From contig NC_090352.1 of NCBI RefSeq assembly GCF_035084215.1, forward strand, positions 1,612,001 through 1,676,000: DNA of 64,000 bases, in the 5' to 3' direction. Under the pieces are notes generated by a model, which was not told the DNA's origin, made no database searches, and worked only from the letters and a program-made list of their open reading frames with translations. Made by a program: the position numbers and the translations under genes. Positions 1 to 12,478 of the stretch are shown in pieces. Within the stretch, counting starts at the first letter, position 1. Every line of letters begins with the position of its first letter. This DNA comes from Heptranchias perlo. Lineage: Eukaryota.

Positions 1-1
1 G

Positions 2-1346
2 GACGTCTCAGCACTCTACACCAGTATCCCCCACGATGACTGCATCGCTGCAACAGCCTCAGTACTCAACACCCAACAACAGCCAATCTCCAGACGCCAT
101 CCTACAACTCATCCGCTTCATCCTGGATCACAATGTCTTCACCTTCGATAACCAGTTCTTTACCCAAACACATGGAACAGCCATGGGGACCAAATTCGCA
201 CCCCAATACGCCAACATTTTCATGCACAAGTTCGAGCAGGACTTCTTCACTGCACAGGACCTCCAACCAACGCTATACACCAGATACATCGACGACATTT
301 TCTTCCTATGGACCTATGGCGAAGAATCATTGAAGAGACTACACGATAACATCAAACTCACCATGGACTACTCCTCAGAATCGGTTTCATTCTTGAACAC
401 ACGAATCTCCATCAAAGACGGGCACCTCAGCACCTCACTCTACCGCAAGCCCACGGACAACCTCACGATGCTCCACTTTTCCAGCTTCCACCCTAACCAC
501 GTCAAAGAGGCCATCCCCTATGGACAGTCCCTGCGAATACACAGGATCTGCTCAGACGAGGAGGAACGCAATGGGCACCTACAGACGCTGAAAGACGCCC
601 TCGTAAGAACGGCATATGACGCTTGACTCGTCGATCGACAGTTCCGACGGGCCACAGCGAAAAATCGCATAGACCTCCTCAGAAGACACACACGGGACAC
701 AACCAACAGAGTACCCTTCGTCGTCCAGTACTTCCCCGGAGCGGAGAAACTACGCCATGCTCTTCGCAGCCTTCAACATGTCATCGATGACGACGAACAC
801 CTCGCTAAGGCCATCCCCACGCCTCCACTACTCGCCTTCAAACAGCCACCTAACCTCAAACAGACCATCGTTCGCAGCAAATTACCCAGCTTTCAGCAGA
901 ACAGCGTCCATGACACCACGCAACCCTGCCACGGCAACCTCTGCAAGACATGCCAGATCATCGACACAGACACCACCATCACACGAGAGGACACCACCCA
1001 CCAGGTGCATGGTTCATACTCCTGTGACTCGGCCAACGTTGTCTACCTCATACGTTGCAGGAAAGGATGCCCCGGAGCATGGTACATCGGCGAGACCATG
1101 CAGACACTGCGACAACGGATGAATGGACACCGCACAACAATCGCCAGACAGGAGGGTTCCCTCCCAGTCGGGGAATACTTCAGCAGTCAAGGACATTCAG
1201 CCTCCGATCTTCGGGTAAGCGTTCTCCGAGGCGGCCTTCGAGACACACGACAACGCAAAATCGGCGAGCAGAAATTGATAGCCAAGTTCCGCACCCATGA
1301 GGACGGCCTCAACCGGGATCTTGGGTTCATGTCACGCTACACGTAA
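2..1346 (+). pseudogene. PLE reverse transcriptase / GIY-YIG endonuclease ORF, disrupted
   Basis: Frameshift near 70-75 and an in-frame TGA at 624-626. ORFs 36-626 and 1005-1346 share a frame and the sequence between them is open. Confidence 0.92.
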
Positions 1347-1626
1347 CCCCACCAGCAAAAAAACGTTATCTGTTTTTAATACAACTGGTCATTCTCTCTC
1401 TTTCTCTGCCTTTCGGGTGTGTCTCTCTCTCTGTCTTTGTGTTCTGACCGCTTGTGTATTCAGTCGTCTGGGATGTAATGTTTCTCTGTCTGAACACCAC
1501 CCACTCCTTTGATTGCTTTGATTACATCTATGCCGAGGTGTGATAACGGGCAGTTGGAAAGATTATCTGTAATCACCAGGCATTGTTCTCTGACTATATA
1601 TGCTGTGCATTTACATAATCCTACAC

Positions 1627-1663
1627 TCACCTGACGAAGGAGGAAAGCTCCGAAAGCTTGTGA
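1627..1663 (+). ncRNA. Minimal type-I hammerhead ribozyme motif in PLE pLTR
   Basis: TCAC-CTGACGA-A-GGAG(gaaag)CTCC-GAA-AGCT-T-GTGA: stem I TCAC/GTGA, CUGANGA and GAAA cores, stem II, palindromic AGCT in place of stem III; AATAAA follows. Confidence 0.85.
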
Positions 1664-2449
1664 TTCCAAATAAAGCTGTTGGACTATAACCTGGTGTTGT
1701 AAGACTCCTTACATCTTTTCACTACCACAGAGAAGATTAACAAGAGACTTCCACCCATTGGTCATCTTCTGGATTCTGTTGACTGGATACTCTCTGGACT
1801 TTAATCCATCTGTACATCTCCCACAGTACTCCACATCTTCTGACTTCCTGGCAATGTTTTTCTCCCCTCCTCTGGACTAATAAGTCCCTATGAACACCTT
1901 GTATGTAGGTTCCTTCATTTTAATATTGTTACATACTGATTTTGCTTTTCCATATTTCTACTGTGTTCTAACTCCTGTACCACCTGCTTGTGCAGAGTAG
2001 TTGCCACTATGGACCTCGCTCACCCATCCTCTTTGTTTTCCTCTTACCTGTCTAGTTCTGGTTTTTCTGCTCCACTTTGCAATAAATAATAGGTCAGGCC
2101 ATATGTCCCACCTTTGTGGGGTGGTGAGTTTGATCCACTGACACTGCAGTGAACCACCATTAATGTATTCATTCTCTTTTCAACCATTTTCATAAATGCC
2201 AGTTTTAAAGGTGGGCAGGTGACCTGGGATGGGTTGACATCTTGAGCAGTGCTGCACTCTGGCTTTTTGGTAGGAAGCTGAAGTGTGACCTGAGGTGGAG
2301 TCCCTTCTGATTTTTCAGCCAATTCCATTGCTGCTATTAGTATATTCGGTATTTAAACACAAGCACATATTTTAAACAAGCTGCCAAATATGGTGTGCTA
2401 AGGCTAGTCTTTTTATTTTATGTTGATTTTTAAAATGTTTATTGAAGAT

Positions 2450-2730
2450 GAGTTCCTTCAACTCTGGCCTCTTGTGCAACCCCCACTCCCTTTGCTCCAC
2501 CATTGGCAGCTGTGCTGTTAGTCATCCAGGCCCCATGCTCTGGAATTCTCTCCCCTTCGCCTCTCCACCGTCCTCTCTTCCAAGACCGGCCTTAAAACCT
2601 ACCTTGACCAAACTTTTAATCAGCCCTCCTAATAGCTCCTTTTTTGGCTTGGCATCAATTTTTTTTGCCTGATTTACACCTCAGGATTTTTTTTACATTA
2701 ATGGTGCTATATAGATGCAATTTGTTGTTC
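2450..2730 (+). mobile_element. L2 LINE 3' end fragment
   Basis: Matches the L2 3' ends at 44425-44785 and 61260-61515 (ctctggcctcttgtgca...gctatatagatgcaatttgttgtt). Confidence 0.75.
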
Positions 2731-3602
2731 ATGATGGCACCTTACTTATTAAAATGAGAAACTAGTGCTGATGTAGTAAAAATAAAGTGGATGGCCTTGT
2801 GACGTAAATCTGCGGTGTCTGGGTTGCAGCAGTATCTGGTTGGTGTCATCACCTGATCCCTGCGGTGTGAGTTGTGCTGTTTGTTTATCATTATTAGTTT
2901 AAATTCTCGTTTCCTATGAAAAGAAAAGTTATGGAACTAATTTTTGTTCCTATCAATATGTTGGAGAAGTTTTGAAAATCCCAGGAGTGTAGTAAGCTCT
3001 ACTTTAAAATGTTTGAGCTTTCAAGAAATATTTCTCTGCCTGAGGTGTAGCTGGAGTGATGATAGAAAAGTGGAAAAGTTGAAGTCTGCTTTTACTCAGC
3101 TTCATCTTGCAAAACATAATAAATATAACTGTTTTTCTTCTAAAAGCCTCGTGTAATGATTTATATTTGTATTTTGAAATAGATTGCCACATTAATATTA
3201 AAAGTGTTTAATTTGGCAAGGATGGTCTTGGAGGCCAATCCTTTGGAATCCAGCTGTTCTCAGAACATCTTTTTGATTTAAAAAAAAAATTGAGCTTAAA
3301 TCACCTGTTAAAGCTTACATCAGTTTATCAAACAATAATGAATAGCATGAGTCACCAAGAAAAGACTAGAAGACTAATGCCCGGATACTGCAAATTACCG
3401 AGTTACAAATTGCACTAAACCCTTTGCGTTCTCCTGACAATAGTAATGTAAAATGCTGTAGCAGATTTCCATTTGAGTAAAGCCACCTTTCTTTGATCTG
3501 ACGATTAGTATATTAATATGTGATGACAAACAAAATGCCCTTTAACCCTGTTACTGGAATTAACTTGTGTGTATTTTAAACAAATGCCTTTTAAGTTATA
3601 TC

Positions 3603-3925
3603 ATAAGAACATAGGAACAGGCCATTCAGCACCTCGAGCTTCTTCCACCATGCACGTAGATCATGGCTAATAAGTACCTCAACTCCACTTACCCGCTTTT
3701 GTTCCATATCTCGTGATACCTTTGCCTAACATAAATCTGTTGATCTCAGTCTTGAAAATTTCAATTAACCCAACATCCACAGCCTTTTGGGGGAGAGAAT
3801 CCCAGATTTCCACTACTCTTCGTGTGAAAAAATTCTTCCTGATTTCACTCCTAATTGACCCAGCTCTAATTTTAAGATTATGCCCCCTTGTTCTGGATTC
3901 CCCCATCAGAGGAAAAGTGTCTCAG
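3603..3925 (-). mobile_element. CR1 LINE 3' end fragment
   Basis: ORF2 C-terminus GESRTRGHNLKI..RKNFFTRRVVEIWDSLP plus CR1-type 3' UTR/tail. Confidence 0.85.
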
Positions 3926-6801
3926 TGCTAGCTAGTCAGTTTGTAACACTCTTACCTCAGATTCAAATACCTATATTACACAAAGGCATTGCACCCTCTC
4001 AACGTGCAGCTTGGTTGCACGCCATAATAGAAGTGAATGCTCTCTTTCCTAGGAGATGTCAAGATGCTTTCATTTGAAGACAATTCACTAAACTAGTAGT
4101 CTTTAATCCTAAAGGCAAGACTTCGCGTGCTCCAGGGAGATCAAGGCTACCCTCTACAGCTATGGCTGATGATGCCCATGGACTTTCCCAGAATACCTAC
4201 TTAGCACACTATAACGAGGTCCTTTCATCATTGAGCACACCATTGGTATGTTGTAGATGGGCTTCAGGGACTTGGATTGATCTGGGTGTGTGCTGCAGTC
4301 CAGTTCAGTTAGTGTCTGAAGGATCGTACTTGTATGCTGCATGTTGCACTACTTCGGCTTGCAAAGAAACCTTATCATAGAGGCCCCAAAGGACAAAGGC
4401 CCCCATAAACAGCAAGGGGATTATGCAGTGGAAAAGCAACATGTTTCAGAGAATGCTGAGGACAACTTGTGCTGGCTGTAAGACATGTTTGTGCCATACC
4501 GATACCTTCTCTTGACTACCACTAGTATGTTATCCATTGATCAGTGTAGTTTGCATTAAAGTTCTAACATTCAAAATATGAATTTTATTTAATGTATGGT
4601 ATGAACACAATATAAACAGCTGTGGGGTATATCTATAACTCACTTAGGACTTGCAGCATATCGCATCAGCCAACTTGAGGATTCAGATTGCATCACAACT
4701 TCACATCATCACTGCTGCTCCTCCCATATATTTGTGCCATAAATTTATCAAAAAACATTTTTTCATTCATATATCCTAGCAAAGGAACATGCATTTAAAG
4801 CTGCAGTTATACTGTAAGATTTGTGTCAGTCCCAAGTGGTTTGCACATTGATGCGGAAGTGGCAGTTTAGCTCAGGAGTTGGGGCCCAGTTTAAAGCCAA
4901 GAGATCTGACCAGAAGGCCATCTCTCAGAGCATGGCTGGAGTGTAAATCCAGGCTAAACATCTTTCACATCACACCTCTGAAAACTGCATTTTTTAAAGA
5001 TGTTTTCTGGAAATCTTTTAGAAATGTGAACGATTAAATGGGATGTGGATTTTCCCCCTTCCCTGATGTCTGCATCTGGTAGGCTCTCCATGATCATAAG
5101 CAAAGTGCGAATATGTTGTTGAACAGTAGTCTATCAGTAGTGGAGAGACATGGTGGTGAGATTAAATCAGACATTCACTGAGCTGCCACACTTTTAATGT
5201 CAGGCACCCACTGTTCTATGCACTGTTCCTATTGGCGATCTTGGATGTGTAATCAACTCACCCTGGCATAATTTCTGATCAAAAATCAAAAATGGAACTC
5301 TTGTATATATTAAATAGATAACAGGTGGCAAATGCCAGAATTAGAGATGGTTTTGATTGTATTTGCGCAAGTGGAGCCTGATCCCAAATTAACAGGGCTG
5401 GATGCACAAACCTGTAATGTATCTATGATGAGCCATTATATATAGAGATAATAAAATATGAACTTATTGAAGAAAAGCAAATATGAAATAGACAGTTGCT
5501 TTACATTGCCCCTCTAAGCTGCTGATCTGCCAAATTTAAATCGATATATTCAAAAGCAACTGTCCAGTTTAAAACTTTTTCTGTGGATGTGTTGAACAGT
5601 TCACACTCATTCCCAGTTGCTACTGGGCAGTAGAGTAGGTTGAGCAACTTGTACATGCATGAAAACCAGGCTCCAGCTGAGAGACATTACAGGCTTCTGC
5701 TTCTCATTGTACTCCTACTGAGACTTGTGGCAAAAAAAAATTCCTCCTTGCCTGGCAGAGTGAAATCTGATGATGTACTTTTCTGAAGACTCACTTGAAA
5801 TACAGTTCTGGTGTGAGAGAATGGAACAAAGTACTGGCAATTAATTGGAAGGGTATGTGTAAATTGGAAATGGGCAGACATTAGAACTTGGGTACTCACT
5901 CCCTTGTTACTACCACTACCACTGCCAAGCCCTTAGTGCTGAACAGAGGTCTGGCTGTGGGGTGAGATGGTTGGAAGTTCCATTCGACATTCTGTAAATA
6001 TTGCTGGTGTGTAAGAGACTATAGGATATCAAATAAAAGTACATTTCTGGACTTGGAAAAGCTCAGGAAAAAATCACCAGGGTTAAACAAATTTTATGTC
6101 AGGGAAAAGCTAGGAGAAGGTGGAGAATGCGCTCAATGACTGCCTATTCGTAATCACGGTGAGAACTTATAGGTCAACATTTCTCTGCCATCTGAATTCA
6201 CTGATGCATATGCTCAGTTCATTTGAAGAAACAAACTATGGAGTTTTTACATCTGCAGACATAGGGCCCGATATTAGCACCTGCTATCGGGTGCGTTCCT
6301 AGCGGGGGGGCTCTGAAAATCGGGCAAATCCCGGAGTGGGTTGGGAGCCCGGCTCCAATCCGTCCACTTCTGGGTTCCCCACAGACGCGCTGACGTGCGC
6401 GCGCAGCCCCCGCATGTGGGACTCCCGCAGGCAATTAAAGCCGGCGGGGTGCCACTTAAAGTATTTATTGTGCTATTTCAGGTCGTTAACAGACCTGATG
6501 AAGGGAATATGGCAGGAGGGGTGGGATTTTAGAAACAACTGGGACTGTTTCCCGTACTGGGAGAAACACTCCCAGTTGAAATGGACGTGTTGCAGCCATC
6601 AGCCTGTGGCAGCTGCAAAGGTCCATTTGACAGGTGGGGGGGAGACCCTCACTCATTGCAGGAGGCTACTCTGTCACTTTGGACAAAGTTTGGCCTCCAC
6701 CACCCTCCTCCTAACAATCAAATTCACAAACTTGCACACTTACCCCGGGGTCCAGACACATGTACCTACCTTGCGGACCCCCTCAGATGTACATCTTCCG
6801 G

Positions 6802-7245
6802 ATGGGGGCCGCCGTAGCTGCAGTCATGACCTCCTCGGAGGGCGAACAGCATCACCAGCCTCGCCGGCCAAGCCGTCCACCTCTGACACGTGGAGCTCCA
6901 CAACACAGTGCTGTGACACATCCACCTACACAGCAGGAGGGAGGGCAACTGCGAGAGAGATGCGTCGCAGAGGGCACTACCCTCGCCACAGGGTCCACAG
7001 ACCGAGGCTCAACTACCTGGACCTCTCTGAGCAGCAGTGCACACGGAGGCTCAAAGTCACTTGACATGTAGTCGTGGACATCTGTAGCCTCCTTCATGCC
7101 GAGCTGCTCCCGGTTGGCCCGAGCACCATCTTCTTACCTGTCGCTGTCAAAGTCACCACTGCCCTTAACAACTTCTCCTCCGCATCCTTCCAGGGTGCCA
7201 CCAGGGACATCGCCGACGTCTCTCAGTCGTCTGCACAAAAGAGCC
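6802..7245 (+). pseudogene. Harbinger (HARBI1-like) transposase N-terminal remnant
   Basis: RVHRPRLNYLDLSEQQCTRRLK and LPVAVKVTTALNNFSSASFQGATRDIADVSQSSA resemble the Harbinger N-terminal HTH region; frameshift and stop present; no DDE domain follows. Confidence 0.8.
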
Positions 7246-7806
7246 CTGCAAATACACCTACACTCACTCTGCAGTGACACAATGGGTGGCATCAGGTGTG
7301 GGTCTTCATTGTGATCCTCAGGAAAGGGCATTATTGCACAAACCAGACAAGATTCGCAAAGATGTGGCAGTAGTGGTGCCAATATAATATGTGATGTGAG
7401 TTGGTCAGAAATTAAATATAAGTAAAAACCATGACAAACCCTCAAACACCCTTGTGCATCCACTTCATGCTCACAACACGTTTGCCTTACGCTTCCTACT
7501 GCACATATGTGATGCATGCCCTGTGGCTGCAGCACAGGTAGTGGCAGGTTGAGTGAGGCTGACCGTGAAAGAGATGCATGAGAGGGTGAGTATGAGATAG
7601 AGCCATGAGATTGTATGAGGATTGGGTTGAGTGGTAGTGGCGGGATGAGTACTGGAGAGGTGAGTAAGTGCAGGTAAGATGAGGATGAGGTTTGAGTGGG
7701 TGTGAGGGGTGATGTGACAGAGTAGTGTTGGCAATGCAGAAGGAGATGTGGGGTGGGGGTGGTGATGTGGCAGACGGTGTGTAGGGGAATGAGTAAGCAT
7801 ACTCAC

Positions 7807-8055
7807 TTTGGCTGACCTACTTAGGTCATTGCAGCGCCTCCTGCACTGTATGCAGGTGGGCGATATGTTGGTGGTGCAGGTGACCTCCTCTGCCACCTCG
7901 AGCCAGGCCTTCTTGGTGGCAGAGGCAGGCCACTTCCTCCCGCCCGCCGGGGGGATGATCTCTGTCCTCCCCCTCCTCCTCCTCACCCCATCCAATGATA
8001 CCTGGAGTGAGGCATCATTAAACCTGGAAGCAGCCTTCCCCCTGGGCTGCTCCAT
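7807..8055 (-). pseudogene. Harbinger ORF2 Myb/SANT-like DNA-binding protein, exon 1
   Basis: RFNDASLQVSLDGVRRRR..KKAWLEVAEEV..IQCRRRCNDL is a trihelix/Myb pattern; GTGAGT donor at 7806-7801; TATTTAAA at 8113-8106 upstream. Confidence 0.8.
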
Positions 8056-8316
8056 GCTGTACTTTTTCCTATTTCTTGCAGCATTGGTCAGTGGAGGACT
8101 GCCCCTTTAAATAGAGCTCCTCCAGCTGACAGACCTTACTGCGCATGCACAGTCAGCCCGACGCCCAGCTCAGCAGTGGGGAACCCGGAAGACTAGGTAA
8201 ATGGATCCAATTAAGCTGCGATCGCGCGCGGGGCAGACTGATTTCACTGGGCGCGTTACCCACGTGCCCAGTCGCCCCCACCGCCGTGAACCCGCAGCCC
8301 TCCTAATATCGAGCCC

Positions 8317-10980
8317 ATAGGGTCAGCTTCTACATGTGTGCTGATGACACCCAACTCCACCACCTCTCTCGACCCCTCCACTGCCTCTGCGTTGTCAAGC
8401 TGCTTGTCCGATATGTGGATGAGCTGCAATTTCCTCCAATTGAACATTGGGAATCATAGAATCATAGAAGTTACAACATGGAAACAGGCCCTTCGGCCCA
8501 ACATGTCCATGTCGCCCAGTTTATACCACGAAGCTAGTCCCAATTGCCTGCACTTGGCCCATATCCCTCGATACCCATCTTACCCATGTAACTGTCCAAA
8601 TGCTTTTTAAAAGACAAAATTGTACCCGCCTCTACTACTGCCTCTGGCAGCTCGTTCCAGACACTCACCACCCTTTGAGTGAAAAAATTGCCCCTCTGGA
8701 CCCTTTTGTATCTCTCCCCTCTCACCTTAAATCTGTGCCCCCTCGTTATAGACTCCCCTACCTTTGGGAAAAGATTTTGACTATCGACCTTATCTATGCC
8801 CCTCATTATTTTATAGACTTCTATAAGATCACCCCTTAACCTCCTACTCTCCAGGGAAAAAAGTCCCAGTCTATCTAACCTCTCCCTATAAGTCAAACCA
8901 TCAAATCCCGGTAGCATCCTAGTAAATCTTTTCTGCACTCTTTCTAGTTTAATAATATCCTTTCTATAATAGGGTGACCAGAACTGTACTCAGTACTCCA
9001 AGTGTGGCCTCACCAATGCCCTGTACAACTTCAACAAGACATCCCAACTCCTGCATTCAATGTTCTGACCAATGAAACCAAGCATGCTGAATGCCTTCTT
9101 CACCACCCTATCCACCTGTGACTCCACTTTCAAGGAGCTATGAATCTGTACTCCCAGATCTCTTTGTTCTATAACTCTCCCCAACGCCCTACCATTAACG
9201 GAGTAGGTCCTGGCCCGATTCGATCTACCAAAATGCATCACCTCACATTTATCTAAATTAAACTCCATCTGCCATTCATCGGCCCACTGGCCCAATTTAT
9301 CAAGATCCCGTTGCAATCCCAGATAACCTTCTTCACTGTCCACAATGCCACCAATCTTGGTGTCATCTGCAAACTTACTAACCATGCCTCCTAAATTCTC
9401 ATCCAAATCATTAATATAAATAACAAATAACAGCGGACCCAGCACCGATCCCTGAGGCACACCGCTGGACACAGGCATCCAGTTTGAAAAACAACCCTCT
9501 ACAACCACCCTCTGTCTTCTGTCGTCAAGCCAATTTTGTATCCAATTGGCTACCTCACCTTGGATCCCATGAGATTTAACCTTATGTAACAACCTACCAT
9601 GCGGTACCTTGTCAAATGCTTTGCTGAAGTCCATGTAGACCACGTCTACTGCACAGCCCTCATCTATCTTCTTGGTTACCCCTTCAAAAAACTCAATCAA
9701 ATTCGTGAGACATGATTTTCCTCTCACAAAACCATGCTGACTGTTCCTAATTAGTCCCTGCCTCTCCAAATGCCTGTAGATCCTGTCCCTCAGAATACCC
9801 TCTAACAACTTACCCACTACAGATGTCAGGCTCACTGGTCTGTAGTTCCCAGGCTTTTCCCTGCCGCCCTTCTTAAACAAAGGCACAACATTTGCTACCC
9901 TCCAATCTTCAGGCACCTCACCTGTAGCGGTGGATGATTCAAATATCTCTGCTAGGGGACCCGCAATTTCCTCCCTAACCTCCCATAACGTCCTGGGATA
10001 CATTTCATCAGGTCCCGGAGATTTATCTACCTTGATGCGCGTTAAGACTTCCAGCACCTCCCTCTCTGTAATATGTACACTCCTCAAGACATCACTATTT
10101 ATTTCCCCAAGTTCCCTAACATCCATGCCTTTCTCAACCGTAAATACCGATGTGAAATATTCATTCAGGATCTCACCCATCTCTTGTGGTTCCGCACTTA
10201 GATGACCTTGTTGATCCTTAAGAGGCCCTACTCTCTCCCTAGTTACCCATTTGCCATTGTTTTTTGCCCCTGCCACAAACTCTATATACTCTCGGCACTG
10301 ATCCCATCCCCCTCCCCGGCCATTGGCTCAAGCCAAACAAGATTATTTGCAACCTGGGTGTCCTTTTCAACCTCGACCTCGGGCTTGGCTTCTTGGCTCA
10401 TATACTCTCCACAAGGACCACCAGCTTCCACCTCCGTAACATTGTCCGCCTCTGCCTCAACCCATCTGCCACTGAAACCCTCATCCATGCTTTTGTCCCA
10501 TTTAGACTTGACTATTCCAATGCTTTCCTGGCCGGCCTTCCATCCTCTATAAACGTCAGCTCACCTAAATCTCTGCTACCCGTATCCTATTCGGCATCAG
10601 GTCTCGCTCACCCATCAACCTTGTCCTTGCTGATCTATATTGACTCCTGATCCCCCACTCTTCCAATTTAAAATTCTCATCCTTGTGTTTAAATCCCTTC
10701 ATGACTTTGCCCCTCCGTCTGTAACCTCCAGCCCCACAACACCCAGAACTTTTTGTTCCTCTGTCTCTGGCCTTTTGTGCATCCTCCCCTCCCTTTGTCG
10801 CACCTTTGGCAGCTGTGCCTTCAGCTACTTAGGCCTCAATGTCTGTAGTTCCCGCCATTAATCTCTTCACCTCTCTCTCCTCCTTCAAGAACCTCCTTAA
10901 AAGCCACCTTTTTGACCAAACCTTTGGTCACCCCTCCTAATCTCTCCTTGTGAAGCGCCTTGGGACATTTTTCTACGAAA
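8317..10980 (+). mobile_element. L2 LINE 3' portion (pieces ~6248-6263, 8317-8450, ~10253-10980) split by Harbinger and CR1 insertions
   Basis: Decayed SFYMCADDT (YADD), FLQLNIG, then ETLIHAFVPFRLDYSNAFLAGLP and FKILILVFKSLH; colinear with the L2 at 60575-61515. Confidence 0.8.
8451..10252 (-). mobile_element. Young 5'-truncated CR1 LINE (RT domain, one nonsense codon)
   Basis: ORF 8990-10276 has KSPGPDE, PGNYRPVSLTS, DFSKAFDKVPH, GVPQGSVLGP, FADD; TGA at 8990-8992 replaces TGT of the copy at 31.3 kb; (ATTCTATG)n-type tail at 8451. Confidence 0.95.
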
Positions 10981-11020
10981 GAGATCCCCAGTCTTGAAAG
11001 CTGCAGGGTCATCAGTGGCA

Positions 11021-11290
11021 CCCTTGTGAGCTCAGTGTGTTAAACGCATCACGTGGTTTGAGTACTTGGCCATACAGACCAGTAAGATTCCAGCTTCAGT
11101 ATTTGGTCTGTGCTTAGTCAGCTGATCTAAGCTCAGTGTCCCTGAGCTAGGGAGAGAGCAAAACAGAAATTTCTTGCTTTTGACTTGACACTGAGTGCCA
11201 GGTACAGGCTCTTAGCATGAAGGACAGAAAGGTGGGGCTGTCCATGGGATCATAACTCAGAATGAGTTACTATCTTCAGGAGAAAACGCT
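11021..11290 (+). mobile_element. Old tRNA-derived SINE copy (family A)
   Basis: A-box-like gagctcagtg, then ggccatacagacca...tctgtgcttagtcagctgatct shared with copies at 24.7, 27.8, 32, 34.2 and 44.2 kb. Confidence 0.6.
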
Positions 11291-12478
11291 GTTCTCTTCA
11301 GTGGGATAATTTGGTTGTAGTGAATGCAGCGTTGTGCTATTGCACAATTCTCTTCACCCTGGCAAAAGTGCTTAGAAAGTCTGCAGAAAAAGCATACTGC
11401 AGTTGTAAGAGGCCCTTAATAGGAATTGGGGCATTTATTAAAGATGATACTAAGTAAGAAGTAATCTTACAATTGGTAAGTCCAATTAAGTCCCATGGTA
11501 TTGTGTTCTCATTTTTTTCATGCATAAACAGTCTAGTTAGGCTCTTTCAACTATAAATGGCTTGTTTATGTAATGTGACTTGAGGCCAGTTAATGGAGCA
11601 GTTATATAAGTGAACTCAGCCTCTTCAATTGCACATTCATATGAGACATATAACACTGCAGCTAGAAGAGTAAGTCAGCAAATGAGTGAAAGAGACATAC
11701 AGGAGAGTACGAATATGACGCTTCATTGAGGTGAGGAGGGAATCAGGGAATTGCCATTAGCATGAAGAACATGCTGCAAAATGAGCATAACTGACAGTGT
11801 GAATATAGTAATTAGGGCTGATCTACTGGCACCATGCCTGAGCTGGCTGACTAGAATCTAACACAGTTAATTATAACTGTGTTAACACAGAGTGTGGACA
11901 GTTATCAGTGAGGCACTTATGTAGCCCAGCATGCAGACCTCACTAATGCATTTACCTACTGATATACGTGGAGTGCGAGCTGAAGGGAACCTTGTTACAC
12001 TCCTATGGAAGCTTTTTTTTGTATTTATTTTTCATGTGACTGAGGAGTAATGAAGCTCAATGGTGCAGAGTATTTTTCAGCCTTTGTGTAAGTTCATATA
12101 GTTTCTGTATAGGAAGCACCATATGTGAAGAACATTAAATATTTTTTGTTTTCAAGAGCATAATTTTCCCCACCTGGTTACTCTTTAGGCCTACGCAAGT
12201 AATATTTATTATTGTACATGTAGTTTTGTGTCAGCAGCAAAAGTGCGTAGTAATGCTTATCTAACTGACTACCTACTTCTGGTGCAGTTGAGCAGGGAAT
12301 GCAAGTAAGATTTGGGGCAGTATGGCATTCATATTATGAGATTATTACACGAGGGATTGTGCACCTAGGTGGGGAGGGGCTCGGTTGGGGTATCCTTGGC
12401 CCATTAATTGTAAGATCAGACAAAATAGTCAAGAGAAAAGTTGCCTAAGGGACACCAATTCAACAATAAATCATTGTC

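Larger units (their letters stand above)
1..1714 (+). mobile_element. Penelope-like retroelement (Neptune-like), cut by the window start: RT-GIY-YIG ORF followed by pseudo-LTR 1347-1714
   Basis: RT motifs DVSALYTSIPH, GTAMGTKFAPQYANIFM, RYIDD; Zn-finger PCHGNLCKTC; GIY-YIG motif VVYLIRC..WYIGET..LRQRMNGH; ends GLNRD. The 3' non-coding part matches pLTR copies at 54141-54480 and 61673-62444. Confidence 0.95.
6264..8316. mobile_element. Internally deleted PIF/Harbinger DNA transposon
   Basis: 14-bp TIRs GGGCCCGATATTAG (6264) / CTAATATCGAGCCC (8303-8316), 13/14 match; 3-bp TSD ATA (6261-6263, 8317-8319); convergent transposase and Myb/SANT remnants; GC-rich termini. Confidence 0.9.
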
